In this document: positions 29,046 through 38,180 of the stretch, piece by piece
How positions within the stretch are numbered: position 1 is the stretch's first letter
Layout: the number at the start of each line of letters is the position of its first letter
Virus record (IMG/VR): IMGVR_UViG_3300030380_006185
Span: 32,001-96,000 of that record
Length of the DNA stretch: 64,000 bases
Direction: 5' to 3' (one strand)
Source of the DNA: a virus
Made by a program: the position numbers and the translations under genes
The notes under the pieces: generated by a model
Told to the model about the DNA's origin: nothing
What the model saw: the letters and a program-made list of their open reading frames with translations, nothing else
Database searches by the model: none

Positions 29046-29102
29046 ATGTTTTTTTTTTAATTATACTATAATATACAAAATAAATATTAATTAAAACATT
29101 CC

Positions 29103-29564
29103 TTACCCACAAAAAGCTCTTTTATCTTTATTTAACATTTCTTTTACCTCTTCATTACTTATTTCTCTAACCAACTCACCACTTTTCCAATCAAACCCCC
29201 ATATTCTCTTACTACTACATCCTGCATTAGTGAATACACAAGGAACTGCCATTACTTTAATACTTTTATTTTCTTTATCCACTACCAATTTATAATATCC
29301 ATAATCACCTCCATCACCATTATCTTCAATTTCAAACCCATCACAATCACTAAACCACTCATCAAAATATATATCATCAAAATCACCCTCATCCTCACTA
29401 TACACTCTATATTCTAAATCATCCTCACCCTTAATATCCAAATAATCTTCTTCACCATAATCATAACCACCACTTCCTAATAATGGTTCTCCATAATATA
29501 TTACCCTTAATTTTTTTAATCTTTCAACAATACCCAATTTTAAATATTCTTTTTTAAATTTCAT
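29103..29564 (-). CDS. Acidic early protein, C-depleted gene
   Basis: 9 C in the 462-nt coding strand; D/E-rich core; own promoter. Confidence 0.7.
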   Translation of the reverse strand: MKFKKEYLKLGIVERLKKLRVIYYGEPLLGSGGYDYGEEDYLDIKGEDDLEYRVYSEDEGDFDDIYFDEWFSDCDGFEIEDNGDGGDYGYYKLVVDKENKSIKVMAVPCVFTNAGCSSKRIWGFDWKSGELVREISNEEVKEMLNKDKRAFCG

Positions 29565-29611
29565 ATCTCTTTTTAATTATAATATAATATACAAATTACT
29601 TATTAATTATC

Positions 29612-29797
29612 TTATTCCTCAAAACAACTTCTATCAACAAAAACACTATAATCATCACCAATACTACCACATAAATCAATTAAAAAACTTCTTAATTTAA
29701 CATCACTTTTTAAAATTAACCTTTCTTCTAGTTCACCACTATTATATAATTCTAACAAGTCATTATAAATTTTATTTACCTTTTCTTTATCTAACAT
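29612..29797 (-). CDS. Early protein, C-depleted gene
   Basis: 2 C in 186 nt; no A/P/Q/H/T; own promoter. Confidence 0.65.
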   Translation of the reverse strand: MLDKEKVNKIYNDLLELYNSGELEERLILKSDVKLRSFLIDLCGSIGDDYSVFVDRSCFEE

Positions 29798-29826
29798 ATT
29801 ACCTTTTTAATTATACTATAATATAC

Positions 29827-29850
29827 AAAAAACCCCCTATATAAGGGGGT
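29827..29850 (-). terminator. Intrinsic terminator within a promoter spacer
   Basis: ACCCCCT-5nt-AGGGGGT followed by a U-tract on the minus strand. Confidence 0.7.
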
Positions 29851-29876
29851 CCTGTACAATATTTATTTTATTTTAT

Positions 29877-30461
29877 TTAAACAACTCTTTTTAAATCTTC
29901 AATTTCACCAGTTAATACCCACTTCCTAGTTACACTACAATATTTACCTACTTTTCTAAATCCTCCATCTTCCTCATTTAATACTCTATTCATATTAACT
30001 CCTTTCCATTTAATTTTAATAATTAAAGTAGTTTCCTTTTCTAACATTTCATTTTTATAATCAAACCAATTCTTACCCCAATTTTCTTCATATTTTAAAA
30101 AGAAATTCCTATACCAATACCAACTATAATCACTTAATTTACAAATTTCAACTTCATATTTACCAAAATCCTTACTATTTAAATAATCTTTTACTTTATT
30201 AAATTTTTCATTATCACTAATTAATCTATTTTTATCACTTAAACTATTATATACATCATCATTATAATTACTAATCCATCCTTTTAACCTTCTACACTCA
30301 CCTCCTTTAACACTATATAAATCATTATAACTAACATAAAAACTTAAATTTAAATCTTTAAATATTTTATTTAATAATTCATTTTTAAAATCATTACTTT
30401 CTTTTAATAAACCTTTCCTAATACTTTTTAACTCTTTTACTTTACTACTTTCCTTAAACAT
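29877..30461 (-). CDS. Early protein, C-depleted gene
   Basis: 5 C in 585 nt; 194 aa with no A/P/Q/H and 4 T; own promoter. Confidence 0.75.
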   Translation of the reverse strand: MFKESSKVKELKSIRKGLLKESNDFKNELLNKIFKDLNLSFYVSYNDLYSVKGGECRRLKGWISNYNDDVYNSLSDKNRLISDNEKFNKVKDYLNSKDFGKYEVEICKLSDYSWYWYRNFFLKYEENWGKNWFDYKNEMLEKETTLIIKIKWKGVNMNRVLNEEDGGFRKVGKYCSVTRKWVLTGEIEDLKRVV

Positions 30462-30511
30462 ATTTTATCTTTTTAATTATACTACAATATACAAATTTTT
30501 ATTAAATAACA

Positions 30512-30532
30512 GAAGTCCTTTAACAGGACTTC
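30512..30532 (-). terminator. Hairpin overlapping the upstream promoter box
   Basis: GAAGTCCT-5nt-AGGACTTC. Confidence 0.55.
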
Positions 30533-30554
30533 CATTACTATATATAATTAAAAA

Positions 30555-30968
30555 TTAACTCTTAAATTCTTTACTTACAAAATCCTTAACCATATTATTA
30601 ATTAATTCTTTAATATCAATTCCTTTATCAATACCATTTAATATTAATTCTTTTTCAATATTTCTTTTACAATTATAATCAACACTTCCTACAATATTAA
30701 ACAAATTTTTATTTTCCTTATAACCATATCTTCCTACACTATTATAAGTAATTCTAATATTAAATTCATCATTAACCTTATTAACAAAATCATTTAATTC
30801 ATTTTCTAATTTTTCCTTTTTTAATTCTACTTCTCTTAATTCCTCTAATAAACTAAAATCAACATTTTCATTAACAATTTTTAAACATTTATCATTAACT
30901 TCCTCTACAACTTTACTATAAACTTCATTACTAACAACATCTAACTCAATTCTACTTAATTTACCCAT
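30555..30968 (-). CDS. Early protein, essentially C-free gene
   Basis: A single C in 414 nt (one Thr codon); no A/P/Q/H; own promoter. Confidence 0.75.
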   Translation of the reverse strand: MGKLSRIELDVVSNEVYSKVVEEVNDKCLKIVNENVDFSLLEELREVELKKEKLENELNDFVNKVNDEFNIRITYNSVGRYGYKENKNLFNIVGSVDYNCKRNIEKELILNGIDKGIDIKELINNMVKDFVSKEFKS

Positions 30969-31057
30969 AATTTACCTTTTTTAACTTTTAATTTTTAATA
31001 ATTTAACTTTTTAAATATAATATAATATATAAAATTTCTATTAAAATAAATATTCCT

Positions 31058-31411
31058 TTATTTTATCTCTTCAACAAATTCTTTAAAACCTTCCCAATAA
31101 AAATTACTATATTCCATTCCTATAGTACTATAATATAAATCATCTTCACTAGTATTCATATCTAATACTTCTTCCATACTAATTTTATTTTTTCCTTTAA
31201 TACACATTAATTCAGGTTCAATCATTTCACCATCTTCATCAGATTTAAATTCATTCATAATATGATCATTCATTACTTCATAAACATCTCCTTTATAAAA
31301 TACATCACTAAAACAATCTTTCCATTCATCACCTACAAACATTTCTTCATCAATTCTGTAATCAACAATTCCTGTACATACATCTTCAATAACTCTAAAT
31401 TTTCTTCCCAT
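31058..31411 (-). CDS. Acidic early protein, C-depleted gene
   Basis: 8 C in 354 nt; no A/Q; own promoter. Confidence 0.7.
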   Translation of the reverse strand: MGRKFRVIEDVCTGIVDYRIDEEMFVGDEWKDCFSDVFYKGDVYEVMNDHIMNEFKSDEDGEMIEPELMCIKGKNKISMEEVLDMNTSEDDLYYSTIGMEYSNFYWEGFKEFVEEIK

Positions 31412-31464
31412 TTTATTTTATCTTTTTAATTATAATACAATATACAAATTTCTAGTAAATTAAA

Positions 31465-31650
31465 CTATTCCTTTAATTTTTTAACCAATTTATTAAACAT
31501 TAATTCCAATTCTTTACTTTCATCCCTATTTAATATTACATTTTCAAATAAGTTAATAGGATTTATTTCTACCACTGTGTTGTTTTCTAGTATAACATCT
31601 GTAGTGTAAATATCTCTATTGTCAGTACCTTTTATTTCAACTCTTTTCAT
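31465..31650 (-). CDS. Hypothetical early protein
   Basis: ORF track; own promoter. Confidence 0.6.
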   Translation of the reverse strand: MKRVEIKGTDNRDIYTTDVILENNTVVEINPINLFENVILNRDESKELELMFNKLVKKLKE

Positions 31651-31825
31651 AATATCTTTTTAATATACTATAATATACGAATAATCTTTTTATAATAAAC
31701 TTCCTGGGTAATATAGGTTTGTTTGGTTGGGTACAAACCTGAAAACCATCCCGTTACCTCTTGCATTACTCAGTAACCCGCTAGCAAACATTGTAATCCC
31801 CGTTCTAGTAGGGTAATAAACTATT

Positions 31826-31984
31826 TTAATTCATCCATGAACATCTATCTTCCTGATTTAAATATTCAATAGGTACATAACCATACGTGGCAACCTCTTG
31901 TTTCAGTATCGATATAGATTCTTTAATGTTGTAAGTTAAACCTAGTGATTTAATATAATCTTTTAAAATATCATTTTCTTTCAT
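31826..31984 (-). CDS. Small early protein (52 aa)
   Basis: Hand translation MKENDILKDYIKSLGLTYNIKESISILKQEVATYGYVPIEYLNQEDRCSWMN; own promoter. Confidence 0.55.
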   Translation of the reverse strand: MKENDILKDYIKSLGLTYNIKESISILKQEVATYGYVPIEYLNQEDRCSWMN

Positions 31985-32039
31985 AACCTTTTTTTAAATA
32001 TACGGTAACATACGAATTACCTTTTAATAATCCTCTTCC

Positions 32040-32390
32040 TCTGGTAATAAACATTGTAATAAACATTGTAATAAACCTTGTGGTAATCCACGTTTTACCG
32101 TGTGTTTCACGTGGTTTTGTATATACTTTTGGAAGTACGTTAAAAGGACGTGTCTGGGCAATGGATGGGTTAGGGTAGTGTTAAAACTATCCCCAACACA
32201 TTGTAATACACTTTCCACACACTATATAATATTCTTGTAATAATCATTTTCTTTGGTAATAATCGTTTTCCACACCTTATCATTCATTCCACACATTGGT
32301 AATTCACTTTCCGTGGTAATCAACGATTTTTGGTAATAATCATTGTAATAGATGTTTTGGTAATAATCATTGGTAATCCACGTTTTATTT
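32040..32390. repeat. Cluster of 13 co-oriented (G/T)GTAAT motifs
   Basis: Copies near 32043, 32055, 32067, 32082, 32202, 32236, 32255, 32298, 32315, 32332, 32344, 32359, 32372; TGGTAATCCACGTTTTA occurs twice. Confidence 0.75.
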
Positions 32391-32393
32391 TGT

Positions 32394-32768
32394 TTATTCT
32401 TCATCAATTCTCAATGTTGAACCAATTATGTTTTTCAGTGTATCCTCACATTCCTTTTTAAATGCACGTAACGATTCATCTATGTTTTCTCTTGTTACCT
32501 CATTTGATCCATACTCGTTTTGATACTTAATGTGTTCAATCAAGTCATATAATGGTGCTGCTTCCCTATGGTAATTCACGTCCTCAAAACTATCTAGTAA
32601 TTTCTCTAAATTATTTACACTCGTAGTTACCCCTGCTAATAACCCACAATTCAGCATTCCCTCATAATCAAAGTTTAAACTAAATGTATCACCTAATTTG
32701 TATGTTTCTTTTTTCTGGGTATTTTCCTTCACGTACCACTCTCCGTTTATGTTTATTCTATGTTCCAT
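32394..32768 (-). CDS. Hypothetical early protein
   Basis: ORF track. Confidence 0.6.
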   Translation of the reverse strand: MEHRININGEWYVKENTQKKETYKLGDTFSLNFDYEGMLNCGLLAGVTTSVNNLEKLLDSFEDVNYHREAAPLYDLIEHIKYQNEYGSNEVTRENIDESLRAFKKECEDTLKNIIGSTLRIDEE

Positions 32769-32903
32769 TTTATTTATTTTTCCTTTTTATATCACTAATA
32801 AAATTTTCTATGTACACTCCTACTCCTATAATACCTAAAACTATTACTAAACCAAGAGAAAAAACCATGAAATACATTAATATCCTAAGTAATAACATTT
32901 CCA

Positions 32904-33161
32904 TTATATTAAATTTTCTAATTCATCAATTTTATCACTTATTACCTGCATCTTTCTAGTAATTTTTTCTAATTCACGTTCTTTTTTATGAATAGCATCT
33001 GCATATTGATCACATATATGTCCACCCTCTGGTTCTGCATCTTCCTCCATTTCCCTATGTAATTGTTTTAACTCCTCTATAATACATTTTTGGTCATGTT
33101 CTAAATCCATGTGATCCATCCCTAAATTTAATTTTGCATCTAAAATATCTGTAATCTTCAT
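32904..33161 (-). CDS. Hypothetical coiled-coil protein
   Basis: EMEEDAEPEGGHICDQYA; own promoter. Confidence 0.6.
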   Translation of the reverse strand: MKITDILDAKLNLGMDHMDLEHDQKCIIEELKQLHREMEEDAEPEGGHICDQYADAIHKKERELEKITRKMQVISDKIDELENLI

Positions 33162-33447
33162 AATTTTTCTCTTTATTTATACTATAATATACGAACTTCT
33201 AGTTAATTAAACTATTCCTTATCTATTTTTTCCAAATTAACTTCCTATTAAACGAACTTATCATTACCTTATCTTTATTCCTTTGATAATAACTTTCAAA
33301 ACTTATATTTAGTTTTTCCTTAATGTAGTAAGGCCATAATTTCTTTTTTATCTCTTTTTTCATACATGTAATATACGAACTTCTAGTAAATTAAACTATT
33401 CCCCTAGTATATACGTATTCGTTTGCTGGGTAGTATATAGTAAAAAG

Positions 33448-33699
33448 CTAGATCTCGTATTGTCCAACTATTTCATTTAGTAGCTCCTCCATTTCTAGCT
33501 CATCATCATGACATTGTTTTGAATTGTCACTATATCCACATAATGTGTGTCTTGACATGTGATATTCTATTATATTTCTTCCATTTACTAATTGCATTCT
33601 ACCATATCCATCACTATCAATATCGTATTGTGGAAATTTTTCGTTTACTACTTCGTAGAATCTACTTCTAATTTCTCTATGTATTTCTTTTTTTGTCAT
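33448..33699 (-). CDS. Hypothetical early protein
   Basis: ORF track; own promoter. Confidence 0.6.
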   Translation of the reverse strand: MTKKEIHREIRSRFYEVVNEKFPQYDIDSDGYGRMQLVNGRNIIEYHMSRHTLCGYSDNSKQCHDDELEMEELLNEIVGQYEI

Positions 33700-33755
33700 A
33701 ATTTCTCTCTCTAAATATAGTATAATATACGAACTTTTTTTCTAGAAAAATATTC

Positions 33756-34463
33756 CTACTTTTTTAAGAGTTTATATGTTTCTTTCCAATCATTAACTTG
33801 AAATACTTTATGTTTATCTCCCTTTAATACTTTAGCTAAGTCATAATCATTACCTCCAATTTCAGTTTTATCACCGTAGAAGTGAATATTAACATCTTCA
33901 TTTAGGTAATTTAATATCCAATCTTTAGCTTGGCCTTTACTAGCTCCTTTGGGATATATGTCTATTGAAATTTGTCCCCCAACTGAAACTTCTAGTTCTG
34001 GGAATGTGTTCATGATTTTTTCAACCATTTGAATTCTTTCATTAGAATTTTTATCCCATTCATAATAAGCTTCTCTTTCTTCTTGGGTACAATCCCTTCC
34101 AATAACAGAAAAATTTAATAATCCTACTCTTTCTTCAATGTGGTTTGAAGTTCTTTTTTCATAACTAGAACTAACTAGAAACCCTTCTAATAGTTTAATC
34201 AGTTGTGAATTAGGTTTCCATTCATTTTTGTAAATTTCATCCCCATTAACAAATATTTGATTACCACATGATTGGAGTGAGGCTGTTACATTTTTCCATA
34301 TATTTAATCCTACTTGTTCAATAGTTTTATCACTGTTGGAACCTGTTACAAAAAACACCTTTTTTCCTTTCATCCACTCACTAAAAAACTTTTCAAATTC
34401 TTTATCAATTGGTAATCTACTAGGTGTTAAAGTTCCATCTACATCAAATACGTAAGCTATCAT
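33756..34463 (-). CDS. pmm: HAD-IIB phosphomannomutase (eukaryotic PMM-type)
   Basis: FDVDGTLT, IEERVGLLNFSVIGR, GGQISIDIYPKG, FYGDKTEIGGNDY. Confidence 0.85.
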   Translation of the reverse strand: MIAYVFDVDGTLTPSRLPIDKEFEKFFSEWMKGKKVFFVTGSNSDKTIEQVGLNIWKNVTASLQSCGNQIFVNGDEIYKNEWKPNSQLIKLLEGFLVSSSYEKRTSNHIEERVGLLNFSVIGRDCTQEEREAYYEWDKNSNERIQMVEKIMNTFPELEVSVGGQISIDIYPKGASKGQAKDWILNYLNEDVNIHFYGDKTEIGGNDYDLAKVLKGDKHKVFQVNDWKETYKLLKK

Positions 34464-34473
34464 ATTTTTATTT

Positions 34474-34779
34474 TTATCTGCTTATTACTTTTTCAACCTT
34501 AATAGTTCCCGTGTTAATCATGTTTTTTACTCCAATCCAATCACCTTCATCTGCTATCCATTCTATTTCAAATGGTTTAAACTCGAATTGGAAATTACTT
34601 AAAGCAAATCCCATCCCACTCATTTTAAACTCATCATTATCATTCTTTCTGAATCGTAGTGTGTATTTATTATCACACATACAACTCACTACATAGAATA
34701 TTACTTCTTTAGCATTTTCCTTAACTGTTTTACCATTCATATAAAATGGGTTTTGTAATAACTCTTGATATTTACTCAT
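34474..34779 (-). CDS. Hypothetical protein
   Basis: ORF track. Confidence 0.55.
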   Translation of the reverse strand: MSKYQELLQNPFYMNGKTVKENAKEVIFYVVSCMCDNKYTLRFRKNDNDEFKMSGMGFALSNFQFEFKPFEIEWIADEGDWIGVKNMINTGTIKVEKVISR

Positions 34780-34787
34780 AACTTTCT

Positions 34788-35126
34788 TTATTTACTATTT
34801 GAATTTATAAACATTTTTTTAACATCAAATTCTTCCTTTTTAGAAACAATTCCTTTAACAGCTTCATCTACTAACTCTTCAACATTAACTCCTAATTCTA
34901 GCATTTGCTTTTTAAATCCTCTATATGCTTCATATCCTGTATCAATGGGCATTCCTAAAAATTTAACATCATAGATATCAATAAATTCCGTATCTATCCC
35001 AACTGATCCATCTTTTTTATCATAGGCAATTATTTGATGCTCTACAGTTGCTTCTATTGCATCGTTTTTTCCAATTTTAATTTCATTAACAACTGTTACT
35101 AATAATGTTTTACTTCTAATTTTCAT
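34788..35126 (-). CDS. Hypothetical early protein
   Basis: ORF track; own promoter. Confidence 0.6.
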   Translation of the reverse strand: MKIRSKTLLVTVVNEIKIGKNDAIEATVEHQIIAYDKKDGSVGIDTEFIDIYDVKFLGMPIDTGYEAYRGFKKQMLELGVNVEELVDEAVKGIVSKKEEFDVKKMFINSNSK

Positions 35127-35176
35127 AACTTTTTTCCTTTTTTTCTCTATTTATACTATAATATACAAAAGAGCTT

Positions 35177-35707
35177 TTAATTAAGCTCTTCCTCTATTTT
35201 AAATGCTGATTCAACAGGTCGTCTATAACCACCAAACTGCATATCACCATTATCAAATATTACACCACCTTTACATACTAAGGCATGTTTATTAACTAGC
35301 AATATATAAGTTCCTTTTCTAAATCGTTGCATAAATGTTTTAACTGTATATGCTACTTTTTTATGTGTATAGTCCTTATTAATTAATCGTCCACCTGTTT
35401 TAGGTGTATCACCAATGTGTTTTACTTTAATTCGTTTTCCACCATTATCACTAAATAAACTTAATTGTCCTTCAGGTTGGAATTCAATAACTTCATTTTG
35501 TAAATCTTTCATTCTAAGATTACACATTTTAGTTCCTTTACCGTTTTTTCTATTAAATCGTTCCGCTACAAATTCATGTGCTGCTTCATAACTAACATCA
35601 AATGCATTAGAACAAGCCCTAACAAAACAATCATTTTTTTCACCACCTGCTAGTTTTGATTTACTTGTAACATCATAACCGCTTTTAAATACTTTTTCAC
35701 TTAACAT
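35177..35707 (-). CDS. Hypothetical protein with a papain-like Cys/His pattern
   Basis: NDCFVRACS ... KHALVCKGG..FD. Confidence 0.45.
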   Translation of the reverse strand: MLSEKVFKSGYDVTSKSKLAGGEKNDCFVRACSNAFDVSYEAAHEFVAERFNRKNGKGTKMCNLRMKDLQNEVIEFQPEGQLSLFSDNGGKRIKVKHIGDTPKTGGRLINKDYTHKKVAYTVKTFMQRFRKGTYILLVNKHALVCKGGVIFDNGDMQFGGYRRPVESAFKIEEELN

Positions 35708-35765
35708 AACTTTCTTTTTTTAAATATACTATAATATACGAACTTTTTTTCTAGAAAAATATTCC

Positions 35766-36134
35766 TTAATCAAATTCAAATAAATCAATTATATTTTCTT
35801 CTGTTAATTGTGTTTTTTCATGAAAATCCTCATCATACATTTCAAAATCTTCATAATCATCTATTCCATTAACTGTAACTTCACCCTTACATTCTATTCC
35901 ATCACAATCAACGTAAATAAATCTCATACTAACGTTGTGAACATACTTATCTTCTAGTAATTCTTTAATATCATCCCCAATAGCCCTATCAGGTACTTCA
36001 GGTGTTTGATAATAGATTGATCTATGTCCCACACACAAATCAGTTATATATAAATTATTCTTCTCCATTTTTATGTTTCTTTTTTCTAGTATACTTCTTT
36101 TTATTCTTTTGAATACTTGGACGCGTTGCGTCAT
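35766..36134 (-). CDS. Hypothetical protein with acidic C-terminus
   Basis: ORF track. Confidence 0.55.
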   Translation of the reverse strand: MTQRVQVFKRIKRSILEKRNIKMEKNNLYITDLCVGHRSIYYQTPEVPDRAIGDDIKELLEDKYVHNVSMRFIYVDCDGIECKGEVTVNGIDDYEDFEMYDEDFHEKTQLTEENIIDLFEFD

Positions 36135-36154
36135 TAATTTCTTTCTGTGTTACT

Positions 36155-36460
36155 TTAATCTGTTTCACCTTCTAGTATTGTTACATCAGCATATTTTATT
36201 TTGCCTACTGTTTTTTTACCTAACATATCATAAGTGTATAACGTAACACAAGTAGGACCAAACTTAGTTACATTCATTCCATCTGAAAAACCTTTAAATA
36301 TTGCACCCGTTCCACGTTTCCCTTCACTACCATGTGTTCTAAACTTAGTTGGGTAATCACCATATTTACCATCAGGTCCTTCTTGATAATCTTTATGTCC
36401 TTTAACGTTGAATACTACTTTTTTAAATTGTAACTGTTCTTTAATTTCCTTAATTGTCAT
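36155..36460 (-). CDS. Hypothetical early protein
   Basis: ORF track; own promoter. Confidence 0.6.
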   Translation of the reverse strand: MTIKEIKEQLQFKKVVFNVKGHKDYQEGPDGKYGDYPTKFRTHGSEGKRGTGAIFKGFSDGMNVTKFGPTCVTLYTYDMLGKKTVGKIKYADVTILEGETD

Positions 36461-36495
36461 AACCTTTTTAATTTTGATGTAATATACGAAAAAGA

Positions 36496-36909
36496 TTAAT
36501 ATAAATCTATTCCTCTCTCAACTCTCAAATTACCTATTAATTTGTGCTGGTAGTTGATTATTTCACCATACAATTCATTAACTAGTTCTTCATCAACCTC
36601 CATGATTGATGGTTCAAATTGGTTAAATACATTATCCACATCTAATAATGCTGTCATGGTACTACCACTACTTACATTTGGGAGATCATTCTCAAATTGT
36701 CCCTCTAGCCATTCTAAATACCAATCCTTTTGTATGAATAGACTTTTTTCTATTTCTACCTTAACACAATCTAGGAATTGTATTTTAGCTATCTTTTCAT
36801 ATCCCTTCTTTGCACTAAGGTTTTGATATGTGTACCAATGTTGAGCTATTTCAAATGAAATATCTATTTCATTTTCTATTATTGTTTTAAATAAATCCTT
36901 TGCTTTCAT
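36496..36909 (-). CDS. Hypothetical early protein
   Basis: ORF track; own promoter. Confidence 0.6.
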   Translation of the reverse strand: MKAKDLFKTIIENEIDISFEIAQHWYTYQNLSAKKGYEKIAKIQFLDCVKVEIEKSLFIQKDWYLEWLEGQFENDLPNVSSGSTMTALLDVDNVFNQFEPSIMEVDEELVNELYGEIINYQHKLIGNLRVERGIDLY

Positions 36910-37087
36910 AATTTTTTTCTTTATTTATACTGAAATATACGAAAATATAGTTATATCTTCTATTCCCTAATTTAAACTTCTAGCCCAAATCACTCTAGCT
37001 ATTTTAAAATCAGATAATAAATTTAATTTCAACCCGTAACATTTAGCAATGTGCTTAATGTGTGGAAGTGCTTCTGTTAATTTTATT

Positions 37088-37333
37088 TTATTGTTCATTT
37101 CTTCTTTCCTCAAGATTTTTATTTACTGCTGTAATTTGTTCAATTGCTGTTTCTAATAGATTTTTAAAACAACCTGCTTCATATGTGTTTCTATCTCTCC
37201 AATCTAATTTTTCTGATTCTTCTTGTATTTCTTTGAATCGCTTTGGGAGATAATCAGCATATAATTGTATTTGTCTTTCTACAAAGCTATCTCTTTGTAT
37301 TCTTGCTAATTCTTTACTAAATTCCTTTGTCAT
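37088..37333 (-). CDS. Hypothetical early protein
   Basis: ORF track; own promoter. Confidence 0.6.
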   Translation of the reverse strand: MTKEFSKELARIQRDSFVERQIQLYADYLPKRFKEIQEESEKLDWRDRNTYEAGCFKNLLETAIEQITAVNKNLEERRNEQ

Positions 37334-37378
37334 AACCTTTTTTATTTAATATAATATACGAAATTAAGTTTAATAACC

Positions 37379-37609
37379 TTATTCCTCTTTAATATAATGT
37401 TTTATCTTTCTTAAATATTCTAGTGCTTTTTCTTCATCTACCCAGTATGCACTTTCACCTGGGGTTGAATTTGAAAATCCTTTAGTAACATGACTTAATC
37501 TTTCCTCTTTAATTTCACAAGAATCAGGATAGAAACTAACTTTTACTACATTAGCCTCAATTCTATAATGTACTTCTGGATCTTCTGGGAATTCTAATTT
37601 TAGTTGCAT
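37379..37609 (-). CDS. Hypothetical protein
   Basis: ORF track. Confidence 0.55.
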   Translation of the reverse strand: MQLKLEFPEDPEVHYRIEANVVKVSFYPDSCEIKEERLSHVTKGFSNSTPGESAYWVDEEKALEYLRKIKHYIKEE

Positions 37610-37611
37610 AC

Positions 37612-37833
37612 TTATTCCTTAGTGAACATTAAGAATTTAATCTGATCAAAGTCATCTAAATAGTTTATTTCAATTTTATGCCCTTTATATACCCCTAAAT
37701 CTTCAGCGTATTCAATAAACGACATTCTATCTTCGGGGTGTGCTTTGGATTGCCATTTATTCCAATCCTCTCTTAATTTAACTTCTAATTCAATATTTTT
37801 ACTCATCATCTTGTTCTTTATTAAATTCATCAA
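37612..37833 (-). CDS. Hypothetical protein
   Basis: ORF track. Confidence 0.55.
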   Translation of the reverse strand: MMNLIKNKMMSKNIELEVKLREDWNKWQSKAHPEDRMSFIEYAEDLGVYKGHKIEINYLDDFDQIKFLMFTKE

Positions 37834-38180
37834 TTTGATCTGCTATTTGCATTAATCTTTCTGATGCGAAATTTTGTCCTTCATAGTTACCATCTCGTAA
37901 CAATAGAATAAGTGATGACATTTCTTCTCTCATTCCAAATTCCATTTTGAATGTTATTGTTTCTGCTTCTTTATTCATAACTTTTATTTACTTCTAATTG
38001 ACGTTCTACAAAATAATTTAAACTTTCTAGTGATTTTTTTATATTTTCACTATTATACTCAGACGGTGCTGCGTTTAATGCTTCGTGTAAGCGATTTGAG
38101 TGAAATACAATTTTTCTCTTATAACCTTTTTCTCTTTTCATAACTTTTCTTTAAATATACTGTAATATACGAAAATAATT

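Larger units (their letters stand above)
29101..31440. other. Strand-specific G-less (C-less mRNA) island
   Basis: Hand count of 35 G in 2340 nt on the + strand; G-free runs 30103-30511 and 30749-31124; C is abundant on the same strand. Confidence 0.95.

Noticed and set aside
29101-31440. G-less island as low-complexity junk or general AT bias
   Set aside because: ORFs are long and intact with correctly spaced promoters and terminators, C is plentiful on the same strand, and remaining G's fall mostly at obligatory codon or stem positions. A read-level check is still advisable.
32024-32407. ORFs 32024..32218 and 32222..32407 as confident genes
   Set aside because: They coincide with the GTAAT repeat cluster, whose motif recurs in several frames; the first has atypical composition and a GTG start. 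The second cannot be excluded.
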